From positions 1 through 28,052 of the forward strand of contig CBFFRQ010000177.1 in the NCBI GenBank assembly GCA_965644315.1: a DNA stretch of 28,052 bases, given 5' to 3'. Every line of letters begins with the position of its first letter. Positions within the stretch are counted from its first letter, which is position 1. The notes under the pieces were generated by a model that did no database searches, was not told the DNA's origin, and saw only the letters and a program-made list of their open reading frames with translations. The translations under genes were made by a program, and so were the position numbers. The stretch comes from Caecitellus pseudoparvulus. Lineage: Eukaryota; Protista; Bigyra: Bicosoecida. Positions 9,423-19,615 of the stretch are shown here, in pieces.

Positions 9423-12350
9423 CTAACTTTCCAAATGTCAAGCTAATCACAAGTTGTGAAGTGCTAACATTGCCTAATCCAGGCGCTCGTGCACCCAAGT
9501 GTGGTGTTGCACAGTGCTTGCTGGTTGGGTGGTGCGCACCGGGGCGGGGTAGTGCGAATTCCGCACACCATCGCACCGTGGCTCCCAGTTTGCGCCCTCG
9601 GTCGGGGCATGCACCTGGGATCGACATCAAAAGCATCATTGACAAGCATCATGAACGCCCAAGTGGATCAAGTCCTGGGGGTCCTCTTCGTGGAGGGGTG
9701 CCTGAAGCGCAAGCAAGTGCTCGGCCCCAGAACAGGTGTCTTCACTGACATGCCACGTCGGGGTGCCGCACGCACCTTCGAGCTTGGAGGACCCCTGCCC
9801 AAGACTGATCATGATAGTTCATCTTCGGCACGGGACATGTGGCTCGAGGTCTATGGGGAAGCCGCCGAACGGCTGATCCCAGGGCTGAGTGCGGAATTCG
9901 GCAACGCCAATGCGGCCCTGCGCCAGGGACCCACCGGATCGCCAACCATCCTCGTCACGCTCGGAAGTGAGGGTGATTCACCAACAGTGGCACGTCAACT
10001 TCGCATTCTTGCTGCTCAAGAGGACGACTTCGCCATTCGAGTCGGCCAAGGTGGGTTCGTCGCCGTGGCCTACACCAACACCAAGCAGTTCGCATCGGCG
10101 AAGGCGAAAGTGAAGGTGAAGGCCCACCCCACCGCCATCCAAGTGGCCCACCAAGTGACCAAGGAAGCAACCGAAATCGCCTGCCAGTCAGGTGATGTTG
10201 CCAAGGTCATGTGCCTCGTTAGGTCCCACTTCGACCATGGCCCCGTGCCAGCCCAAGCCGTCCGTCCCAGTGTCAGACAATCCGTCCCCTCCGAGGGTGA
10301 TGCACCTGTCGACACCAAGACACCATCGACCTGGACTGACACTCAGCTCGACAAGGCACCGAAGAAGAAGAAGACCCGTCGAGGCAAGCGAGGAAAGGGC
10401 AAGTCAGCCGGACGATCCCTCACCTTCGAGGACGTCTTCATCAAGAACGTCCGGCCACCTGCACCTCGACCAACCTCACCACCTGCCACCCAAGGCTCAC
10501 CCAAAGATACCGTCACCACCCCTGTGGTGCATGCCATGTTGCCTTCATCAAGGGTGCAGCGGGGCGTCGACCGCAAGTGGCCGTCCCCCACCCCGTCGGG
10601 CGAGGCAAGCCCCGAGGTGCACCGGTATCGGCCGTCTGCAGCAGCAGCATGGGAGGTGATCACAAGGGTGGTGCCTCTTCATGACAGTGTGCGGACACCC
10701 GAGCACCTGGCCGAGTACCCCATCAAGCCTGGCCCTCTGGCCGACCTGCTGTCATCGACCCACGTGTACTCTAACGTGGGGGGGCGGGCCTGTGTCCAGG
10801 CCTGTCTCGAGACGGCAGCAGGGGAGAGGGTCTTCGAGGCTGGGGACCTCCTCCTACTCCAGCATGCAGCCACCATCAACGCTGCCCAGCTTGCCTTCAA
10901 GCACATGGTCAGGCAGCTGGAGGGGGTGGTCAGTGACTCGTCCAGCTCGGACATCATGGACGTCGGCCAGAAGCCACCCTCCCCCTTCCGCTCAGACGGG
11001 CAACGGGTGGCCGTCTTCCGCAACATGCTGCACCAGCACTCGCCGGATGACACCTTCCTGGCCCCAGGTACACCACCAGTCCTGCTTCCCGGCCTGCACC
11101 TGCTCATCGACCGCATCAACCAAGGGTACCGTGCCCCAGCCGGGCATGATGACCTTGGCCAGGCCGGCGTCGACCCCAGCCAGGTTGATGAAGAGGGTGA
11201 CCAAGAGGGGCACCTCGACGGAGTGCTGTATGCCTTCGCACTTCGAGAGGTGTGGACCGACAACACGGCCCATCTGCAGCTCATCCTCGTCGACCATGAT
11301 CGAGGCAAGCTGGTGCTGTGGAACCCCGACATCCCTGACCTCCATGACGAGCTGCCCCTGCACAAGTGCATGACCCGGCTGGCAGCCGAAGGCATCAACG
11401 TCTTGTACCGGATCTGGACCACACCCGAGGCGGGCAGTCCAGCACCCTTCCGGGACAGGCTTCGAGGGGCACTCCAGTCTCTCCGAGATGACTTCCCCCC
11501 CCTGCCTCACAAGGCCACCGACGGCACCGTGCACCCCCAGACCCTCATCGCTGGCAAGGGCACAAGGGTGGCCATGCCTCATGGGCGGATGACCCGACAG
11601 CAGGCCGCCACCCTGGAGGCTGAGGTCAAGGACCCCCTCAAGCGGCTGGTGCCTGAAGACGGCGAGGGTCGCCTGCCCAAGGTCAAGGATGTGCCCCACA
11701 TCTCGATCGGGCAGATGGGTGGACGCCTGATGTAAGTCACCTGTGGGGGCATACTCCCTGTGCCACACATGACTGAAGCTTTGTGTCGCGACCGACGCAC
11801 ATAGCTGACATCGGACATTGGAAAGTCCAACCCAACCTCACCATCACCAACCCAACATCGATACCAACACATCAGGACTCGGCTCAGTGGAAGGGGAAGG
11901 CACTTGCAGCAAGATCTGTGAGGCCGCCCCCAAACCTGAGCCGAAGGGACAGCCGGGCTGGGTCGTGTGCTTGCATCTCAGCAACACCCAGTCCGTGTCG
12001 AGTCCATATCCTCCAGCCCACACCGCCACCCAAGCCAAGCAAGTCGGGTCTCCACCCCTGGACATCGGACCGAGACGGACGAGACTGGACTGGACGGACA
12101 AGACAAGAGTGGACCGAGACCTGGACCTACACCTCAAGACCATCCCACCGGGGCGGGCGCTGAAGCGCCAAGACAGACGGCGACTTATACAACGGACACG
12201 AGTCTGTGCTAGTCGCAAAGCCGTGCAAGCGGTGCCGTCGTGGTGTCTGTGTCACTGCATTCTGTTGTGGCGCAGGTGGCACCACATGTCCAAGCCCAAG
12301 CTGTACCATGATGTAGCCTGCATGGAGGCAATCTGCAATGCATTGAGTAG
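9423..12350 (+). mobile_element. E2: non-autonomous telomeric retroelement related to E1 (ORF1-like protein only, no APE or RT)
   Basis: Same 5' terminus as E1, homologous 3' terminus ending GAGTAG|CTAACC, flanked by telomeric repeats, and a single intact ORF homologous to the first ~700 aa of E1. Confidence 0.85.
9651..11735 (+). CDS. E2 protein (694 aa): unknown N-terminal domain, basic NLS-like KKKKTRRGKR, Pro-rich linker, candidate papain/Josephin-like Cys protease
   Basis: Intact ORF. ATG chosen by alignment with E1 (QVLGVLF, PRTGVxTDMxRRGAARTF, IACxSGDVxK, CVQACxETAAG, PPVLLPGLHLL, HLQLI, LVLWNPD). Confidence 0.85.
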   Translation: MNAQVDQVLGVLFVEGCLKRKQVLGPRTGVFTDMPRRGAARTFELGGPLPKTDHDSSSSARDMWLEVYGEAAERLIPGLSAEFGNANAALRQGPTGSPTILVTLGSEGDSPTVARQLRILAAQEDDFAIRVGQGGFVAVAYTNTKQFASAKAKVKVKAHPTAIQVAHQVTKEATEIACQSGDVAKVMCLVRSHFDHGPVPAQAVRPSVRQSVPSEGDAPVDTKTPSTWTDTQLDKAPKKKKTRRGKRGKGKSAGRSLTFEDVFIKNVRPPAPRPTSPPATQGSPKDTVTTPVVHAMLPSSRVQRGVDRKWPSPTPSGEASPEVHRYRPSAAAAWEVITRVVPLHDSVRTPEHLAEYPIKPGPLADLLSSTHVYSNVGGRACVQACLETAAGERVFEAGDLLLLQHAATINAAQLAFKHMVRQLEGVVSDSSSSDIMDVGQKPPSPFRSDGQRVAVFRNMLHQHSPDDTFLAPGTPPVLLPGLHLLIDRINQGYRAPAGHDDLGQAGVDPSQVDEEGDQEGHLDGVLYAFALREVWTDNTAHLQLILVDHDRGKLVLWNPDIPDLHDELPLHKCMTRLAAEGINVLYRIWTTPEAGSPAPFRDRLRGALQSLRDDFPPLPHKATDGTVHPQTLIAGKGTRVAMPHGRMTRQQAATLEAEVKDPLKRLVPEDGEGRLPKVKDVPHISIGQMGGRLM

Positions 12351-12386
12351 CTAACCCTAACCCTAACCCTAACCCTAACCCTAACC
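12351..12386 (+). repeat. Proximal telomere remnant (CTAACC)6 at the retroelement-array/subtelomere junction
   Basis: Directly visible. Unique sequence follows. Confidence 0.93.
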
Positions 12387-12827
12387 TCAATTGCAATAAG
12401 CACTGAAGCTCGCCGCCCTAGCCTCCCACTCCTGCTTCCTTCGACTCCAGGCTGCATTGCACCGTTGACTGGCTCAGCTCACCAAAAAGCAACGCATATT
12501 GGAAGTCGCCGTTCACGAAGGCATGGCTGATCACGCGTGAGGTCTCCAATCCAAATCAAGTGGCATCTTATTATTGAATGGAAACTGCAAGCTTGCTTGT
12601 TTGGTCAGCCCCAATGGCGGTGCAGCCTCGACTTATAAAGGGAAGGCTTGCGCCCTGTCCACGGTGCGACGCGCGTTGAGCCCGGCAAGCTGCTTCGCGT
12701 TGCACATGCTGCACTTGTGCAAGCTCACTGGAAGATGGATGCCATACACAAGGAGAGTCTTGCCGAAAAGCTCCACGGCACTTCAACGGTTGGAGTCGAT
12801 GTCGATGGTTCTGGGCAGCTCTATCGG

Positions 12828-15800
12828 TCAAGGGCTTTTTCGCGCAGGTGCAGGCATGAAGTCGTCGCCCATCATCACATGCACCAGCGGGGAGTCCAGG
12901 TACTTCGCGCATTGCTCCAAGTACCGTTTGTTTGTCACAAGGTCTGTGTTCGTGATGTACAGCATGTGCACCCGCCACTCTGGCATGCTGACTCCCTCCA
13001 AAGGCTCTGCAGTCACCCTTAGCTTCTTGTACTCGCCACTCCCATGCTCGCAGCCAGCCACTCCAGCAGCACCATCTGCATCACTCTCAGACACCAGCTC
13101 TGCCTTAATCCGCACGTCTGCCTCCAGCAGCTGCAGCCAGGAGTTCACAACAGACATACGCCCCTCTGAGCCCTGTGCACTGGCTGGACCAGAAGTGGGC
13201 GTTTCCCTGTGGCCTACTGCGTGCGGCAGCATCACGCTCCCATCCGTGAGAAGCTCATGACGTGACTCGTGTGAGAGCACCACCTGTGCAATGCCGCGCA
13301 AGGCAGGGGGGACACCCTCAAGTGAGCCTTTCTCAATTGCGTGGGCATACAAGTCGGAGTATGCCACTTCCACAAGCACTGCGTGCTTCACACCCTCTTT
13401 GTCATGATACACCAGCAAGGCGTCGATGCCAGGGTCCTTACCCCATGTATGGATAACCGAGGACTCACCTGGCCCCATGTTGCGCAAGGAAGCCAGCCCA
13501 TCTGCTGGCACCACAGAGCTCTCGAGCCTGACCAGGGTTGGTGGAGCTCCGAGGTCCACCTGCACATCCTTTTGGCCTTTCTTTGCTTTCGACAGATTGA
13601 GCCGCGATTGCAAACAAGTGACATAGAAAAGTGATGGAGGCGACATCACCTCCATCAGCTCCGACGTGCTTTGGTTCTTGGGGTACTCAACGTGCTTCAG
13701 AACCTCCTCGAGAACAAGCATCTGGCCCACACCCAGTGCACGGTGTCCACACACACCAAGCGCCATGAGAGATAGCACATCACGCTCCAAAGTTTCCCTC
13801 TTTGACGGAGAATGGTCCAACAGGTTCGACATTTTGCGCCGGTCGGTACAGTCAAAGTCCCCGAACGTCAGCACCTGCAGCGAAGCATGCCTGGCAGCCA
13901 AGGACGCAAACAGCGCGTTGCCAGCAACAGCTGCGCGAGTCACGTTGATGCGGGACACCATGGAGGCGTGCAAGAGTCCAGAAAGCTGATCCCCGACATG
14001 TACTCCCCATGTGGCCTCTGTGATGGCTGGCCAGGTGAGCTTCTTCAGCATGCCAGTTTCCAGATGCAGTTGTTTCATGCGCCGTTTGAGCATTGACAAT
14101 TGTTTTGTATACTCATTAAAGAGGGCTCCTCTGTGTCCTATACGCTCTAGATCGTGAGAGTAGCGCAAGATAGCGCGCGGGATACTACCAAAGTAAACCA
14201 GCGCTTTCTGGAGCTCACGATCGGTTGGGCTCGCTGGCGCGCAGTCCATCCCTGTGCCTGGCAGCAAAAGCTCTGCATCCGCACCGCTGCGGAGCACTGC
14301 CACCATGGTTTCTATAGTGGTTGGCCCCAGATCGTAGAGCACATCCCACGATTGGCTCTTGAGCGTGGCGTCCATGCTGGAGTCTGTGGAGCATGACATG
14401 ACGCGCATCGTGCCGATGGCTTCATGCTGCCTCTTCCAATCACACCAAGATTCAAGGGCCTTCTTCATAAAGCTCCGCATTCCTCCCCTCGCATACTCAA
14501 GCAAATCATTCGCTTCGTCTACTAACACCACGCGTGGACTGCGCAAAGGTCCCTTGCCTGGAACACCAAACAAACCTTGCAGAGCGTTCATGACTGTCTG
14601 CGGAGACGGCCTTGAAGAGCCCAGCAGGGGAAGCATGTGCGCCTGCAGCTCATGTCCACTCAGAGCGTCCCCTGCGCACATGCTCAATCCCCGCAGGAGC
14701 ATGTCACTTTGACTTCCAACGAATTCGCCGCCATCAGACATGTACAGCACATCAGCCCCGAGGCCCACCGCCGAGATGCTGGCCAGCGATGCCAGAATGA
14801 TGCTCTTGCCGCACCCAGGCACCCCGGTCAGCAAATGCCCTGGGCGCTCGGACACCAACGCTTGTGCACAGCTTGCTAGGAAGGCAATGCGCTCTGGCGT
14901 CCACACGATGCTTAGCGTGCGGACCACTTTGCGCGGCAGCTGCTCTAACGTGCCGTCCAGGCGCGGTCGTACAGCATGCACCTGAACGAAGTCTGAATCG
15001 TTTTGCCCAAACGTCTGTAGTTGCAAGGTCGGTGGTGCGTCCTCGTCAATCGCCGCGCAGATGCCATACTCGTTCTGGTAGTCACAGAACGGAAAACCTG
15101 TGGAGCTCGTGGGTGCAAGGAGCCGAGTTGCGAAGGCGACAACCTCGCCATTTTTGTCCAGCACAGGACTCAATCCAGTGATGCGCACGGTGTCGTGGGG
15201 TGTTTCTTCGCTTCCTGTGGCACTGTCTGGGTCTTTTGCCCCTCCTTCTTGCTCCCTCTGCAGTTCAGCTTTTGCCCTCTCAAACCATTTCAACACCCCG
15301 TCCTTGCCCCTCAGCATCGCTTTTCCCAGATCAAGCTTCCAGCCCAGCACATGCCGCACCGCCCGACGGTGGCCAGCTTCTAGCATGTACTCCTGCCCAG
15401 CTGCACTGTCAAGCAGCACTTCCCGCAGTGGCAGCACCACATTCGAGACACGTGCAGAGGAGAGTGCAGAAGCCCATGCAGCCTCGTCTTCTTTTCTCTT
15501 CTCAGCAGCAGCAGCCTCCCTCTTTGCCCTTTCCTTGGCAGCAGCAGCATCCTCCTTTTCCTCCTTCTTTGCACTCTTCTTTGCATCAGCATCCGCAGCT
15601 GCAGCAAGACTCAACTGCTCAGAGAGGAGGGTGTGCAACTGTCGTTGAAATCGATGCGGTTTCACATTGAAGAGGTATTGAAGGGCCTGGTTGTCCAGTG
15701 TCTTGGCAGGCAGGTAGAGCAGCGTCTTCATGCCCCGCGCCATCTTTCGCTCTGCAGCCTCTCGAGTTGGTCCGTCCAGGTCCCGCAGAAGGCCTGGCAG

Positions 15801-16030
15801 TTCAAGACAAGCTAGTGCCAGAGCTGTTGCGGTAGTTGGGAAGGTTCCCTGCGCCGAGTGCAAGGTTGGACTGTGTCAATGCTTGCAGCGAGACGCGAGC
15901 GGCAAGTGCTGCCACATCAAGCACTTACCCGTGGCAGCTCAGGGGGCAGAAACTCCACGGCCTCGTCCAGCCCAAGATCACGTAGGGCAGTGTGCAGTCC
16001 CCCAGGCTCATACGCAGACGGCGATACCAT
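12828..16030 (-). CDS. Crinkler/RHS-type protein: possible SAM-like header, coiled coil, P-loop NTPase, C-terminal PD-(D/E)xK REase-like domain; predicted exons 16030-15929 and 15848-12828
   Basis: 1011-codon ORF. Walker A LLTGVPGCGKS, Walker B VVLVDEAN, REase-like PGIDALL...LVEVAYS. An 80-nt phase-0 intron GTAAGT...CAG (15928-15849) joins it to an upstream exon with ATG 16030. The true start may lie further upstream. Confidence 0.7.
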
Positions 16031-16890
16031 CGCCTGGAGGACAGAGTCACGGTTCGGCCGCACTTCGCCGCTGCTGCTGAAGTGCGCTGCCCCCGTGCCC
16101 GGCCAGGATCGCCACACCTGAGCAGTTAACGCATATCCTCGTTGTGGAACACGGCCCACTCTGCCTTTCCAGGCATGCGCCACGAAAGCGGCGAATTCGA
16201 CGGAAGAGGCGTGCCGCGAAACGCCGAGTGAAACGCCACCGAGCAAACCGCTCGCAGCGGCACCCCTGAGCGCACTTTGGCATACAGCTGCTGCTGTGCG
16301 AGAAGGGAGTGTCATAATTCGGAGAGTATGCCAGAGTAGTTGTGCCGGGCGCACCGGTGCTCGATGCGAAGGTCCACTGGGTGTGGGCTTGTGCTGACAG
16401 GTGAACCGCAGCACTGTTCAAAACTCCCAGTCCCTTGAGATGCTGACAGGCGAGCTTGCATACGTCTCTCACGGCCAAAGCTTGCGTTTTGGGGTTGTGA
16501 GATGACAAGCACATTCCAATTGTGGGCGAATTGTGTGTGTTTGGTTGCACAGTTGTTGCTTGCGAGTCTGGCCTTGCGCTTGCCGCTTGGCTCTGATGCT
16601 TGGGCGTGCTACATGTGAGCATCACTTCTAAACCTCCCGCTCAGGCCAGTCTGGTTAATTTAAATGCCAAGAGGAATCTGACGAAATACCTTTGCCAACC
16701 TGGAGGCCGATATGGGCACGGTGCATTCAAACGGCGGAGAAACGGGGAACATGCCCGCGCCTGGCGCCGCCTTCACCTGGACAACAGCCCCTTGGCTGCT
16801 GATCGTCACCACGTTGACCTCGTGCAGCATCGACACAAGTCTGGATCACAGTGTCGTCGAGGAAGTCGAGCTCGACGCGTTGAACAGGTC

Positions 16891-17901
16891 CTACCGCAGC
16901 TTCTGTCTGCGATCCCCACCGACGACCGCCTTGACAAACGAGCCAAATTTCCCGCTACACGCGGCACGCACATCAATGGCTCGTTCACCTGATAGACTCA
17001 GTAGCTCGCGGATGATGTGGAACTGGCCGCTTGTGCATGCCAGTACAAAGCCCGCTTCGCGTAACTTGCTGTCTCCAGCATGCACATCTATGTACCTGTC
17101 ACCAGTAAGGCTCAGCAGCTCGCGGACAACCTCAATTTGGCCATGACCACAAGCGGCTACGAAGCCCCCTTCTGCCATGTCCCCTGCCTTGGCATGCACA
17201 TCAATGTACCTGTTACCAGTCAGGCTCAGCAGCTCGCGGACAACCTTGATGTGACCATGAGCACAAGCGGCTATGAAGCCTCCTTCCATCAGGCTCCCCA
17301 CCTTTGCGTGCACATCAATGTACCTGTCCCCAGTCAGGCTCAGAAGCTTGCGGACGACGCCAACATGGCCGCCCAAGCATGCACCAATGAAGCCACCCTC
17401 TGGCATTCCATTCATACTCGCGTGCACGTCAACGTCCCTGTCACCCGTCAGGCTAAGTAACTCGTGGAGCACGCCGACGTGGCCATGAGCGCATGCGAGT
17501 CTGAAGCCGGCTTCCGGCCCGTTGGCGTCCTTGGCATGGACGTCCACCTCCTTGTCGCCTGTGAGCTTGAGGAGCTCGCGGACGACACACGCGTGGCCAT
17601 TCTCACAAGCACGTCGAAAGGCCACTTCTGGCCCGTCACTATCAGCTTGGCTCACAGTGACTGCGCGCTTGCCGGTGAGGGCCAGGAGTTCGCACACGAT
17701 GTGCACGTGGCCTTGTGCGCAGGCGACTTGGAAACCCGTTTCCAGACCATCGGCATCCTTGGAGAAGGTTCCCGCTTTCCCATAAACCTCTTCCATCGTA
17801 CTTGCATCTACGCTTGTCCATGAAAAGGCGAGGTCGGCGTCAGCAGCGGCGCTGCCCTTGCTTCTGCCCCTCTTCGGCCGTGGAGATGGGAGATCAAGCA
17901 A
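16891..17901 (-). pseudogene. Ankyrin-repeat gene A, 3' half (split by the Ngaro insertion)
   Basis: 38-aa (114-bp) units AFxxACxxGHxxVVRELLSLTGDRxIDVHA. In frame with the 5' half at 24193-23879. A weak possible extra intron (16894-16841) would extend the ORF to ~16660. Confidence 0.85.
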
Positions 17902-18067
17902 TTCTGCTGGACGCTCGAGCGGGTGGTGTGGTGTTTTGAATGCATTGTTGCCAATGCATCCTTGCCGGACCGCCCGACACCACGGTGACCCCGCGCTCGG
18001 CACCGGCGTGCCGCAGTCGGCGGGGTCCCGTACCCGGTGGCCCCAGGGTGTCAAGGCGTCCATCCCA
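17902..18067 (-). repeat. Ngaro repeat B2 (166 bp)
   Basis: Identical by eye to 18253-18418. Confidence 0.93.
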
Positions 18068-18085
18068 AGGAGGGAAGAAGGAAAA

Positions 18086-18252
18086 AAAAGAAAAAGGAAG
18101 CGGGCGAAGTCAGGGAGGAAGGTTAGAGGGGGCATCGACGTGAGGGTCTGAGGATGGGAGGCGAGGTGAAGAGTGCGCCCCAGGCGACACTGCCCCGCCT
18201 CCCTCCCTGCAGAACCCCCGCTTGCCACCCCCTGCGGGGGAGGCAACAGCAG
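18086..18252 (-). repeat. Ngaro repeat A2 (167 bp)
   Basis: Identical by eye to 23712-23878. Confidence 0.93.
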
Positions 18253-18418
18253 TTCTGCTGGACGCTCGAGCGGGTGGTGTGGTGTTTTGAATGCATTGTT
18301 GCCAATGCATCCTTGCCGGACCGCCCGACACCACGGTGACCCCGCGCTCGGCACCGGCGTGCCGCAGTCGGCGGGGTCCCGTACCCGGTGGCCCCAGGGT
18401 GTCAAGGCGTCCATCCCA
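18253..18418 (-). repeat. Ngaro repeat B1 (166 bp)
   Basis: Identical by eye to B2. The B1|A2 boundary reproduces the circle junction. Confidence 0.93.
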
Positions 18419-18424
18419 CATCAT

Positions 18425-19615
18425 TCACCCTTGCACCCAGCCCCCCCCTCGGGGGGGCCACTGGCCGTGGTTGGCCATCGGTCGGCGCAGGGGAGGGCGA
18501 TCTTCGCCTCTCCTCTCCTTGGCCGTGCGGTGCCGGACGAAGGGGTGGGGCTCAGGGACCCGGTCCTCTGAGTACCCCTCCCCCTGTGTTATGCCCCTCG
18601 CCCGCGAAGCAGCCTCGCTGCGGCCCGGATCTTGAGTAGGCAGCCTGTTGCCCAGCATGGCGTCCCGAAGCAGACTGTGTCCTACCCCGGACCGACCCCA
18701 GTAGCAGAGGCTAGGAACGTTCGAGGTCGGGGCCCACCCTCCCTGTTGGTGGATGGCCGCCGCTGGGAGCCCTTGCTGGACCCAGAACCTGTGGCCGCCT
18801 GGCCGCAGGCCTCCGAGGCCGACTCCGGTGTGCATCTTCAGCGCTGCGGTTATGTCCGCCCCGTCCTGGGACGATAGCACCCGACCTTTTCCTCGGGTTG
18901 CCTCTGCCCTGAGGTGGTCGAACGCGCGCGCCCACTCTGGGGACCTGGGGACGGACCATTGCCTGTCCCGGTGGTGATGTGTCTTGTCCCCATGCCTGCC
19001 CGTCACCACCCATACGCCGTCACGTCTTGTAAAGGTGAGGTCGGCCCATTCCAGGTGCAGCAGCTCGCCAGCGCGCATCATGGCCCAGAACCCAATCAGC
19101 AGGCAGGCTTGTAGCTTTGGGCGTCCGCCCAGAGCGTCCACCGTTTTACGAAGCTTGCTCATAGGCACGTGTTCACGGTGCTGCACAGGCGGGCTCGGTT
19201 TCATCCGGGCCAGCGCCTTCGTAAGCTTGGTGAGCGTCATGCCCACTCTGCTCAGGTTCTCGACTGGGATGCACCATGAGTTCGCGGCGGCCAGCAGGGC
19301 CTTGAGCTTGCCGCCGGCCGACCGTGACGAGCAGGCTCCCGTCGTCACTTGGTGTCGGGCCCACTCGATAACCTTGCTCGCCCGCAACGGGCCCGGCGCC
19401 CTCGGTCCTCTATGTTCCCCGCGTGTACAGAAGCGCAGGAAGGACGCTAGGAGCCTGGCGTACTTCTGTTGCGTCCGTGGTGCTAAGCTGTGCCGAATAC
19501 AGCTTCCGACGCCATTTAGCGGGATGGCCCGAACGAGCCGCGCTAGTTGCTCTTCCTTGACGACGATCCACCCTGCGTGAGGAGGAGGGCTGCCTGTTCG
19601 GCTGTCGTGACGCAG
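18425..19615 (-). CDS. Ngaro ORF3 tyrosine recombinase (frame open from 19615, overlapping the end of the RT ORF; no ATG before the N-terminal helix)
   Basis: SLAPRTQQKYARLLASFLRFC N-terminal helix; WAMMRAGELL (R), GDKT (K), GGLRPGG (R), GGW, SLCY (Y). Confidence 0.85.
   Translation of the reverse strand: MRHDSRTGSPPPHAGWIVVKEEQLARLVRAIPLNGVGSCIRHSLAPRTQQKYARLLASFLRFCTRGEHRGPRAPGPLRASKVIEWARHQVTTGACSSRSAGGKLKALLAAANSWCIPVENLSRVGMTLTKLTKALARMKPSPPVQHREHVPMSKLRKTVDALGGRPKLQACLLIGFWAMMRAGELLHLEWADLTFTRRDGVWVVTGRHGDKTHHHRDRQWSVPRSPEWARAFDHLRAEATRGKGRVLSSQDGADITAALKMHTGVGLGGLRPGGHRFWVQQGLPAAAIHQQGGWAPTSNVPSLCYWGRSGVGHSLLRDAMLGNRLPTQDPGRSEAASRARGITQGEGYSEDRVPEPHPFVRHRTAKERRGEDRPPLRRPMANHGQWPPRGGGWVQG

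Noticed and set aside
9417-9427. CTAACCCTAAC matches the vertebrate telomerase RNA template
   Set aside because: It is simply ~1.8 telomeric repeats between retroelement fragments. No pseudoknot or other telomerase RNA features were recognised.
9211-12350. E2 as an LTR element (169-bp direct repeats at both ends)
   Set aside because: No TG...CA ends, PBS or TSD. The upstream copy is separated from E2 by telomeric spacers and a further 24-bp fragment, so these are truncated 3' ends.
12574-15700. Numerous plus-strand ORFs opposite the CR-type gene (likewise opposite the Ngaro and ankyrin genes)
   Set aside because: Antisense shadow ORFs of GC-rich coding sequence, with no recognisable motifs.
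17938-17962. AATGCATT palindrome in Ngaro B repeats, also present at the E1/E2 3' ends
   Set aside because: An 8-bp match between unrelated element classes with no flanking similarity. Treated as coincidence, though the B repeat does form a local ATGCATTG/CAATGCAT hairpin.
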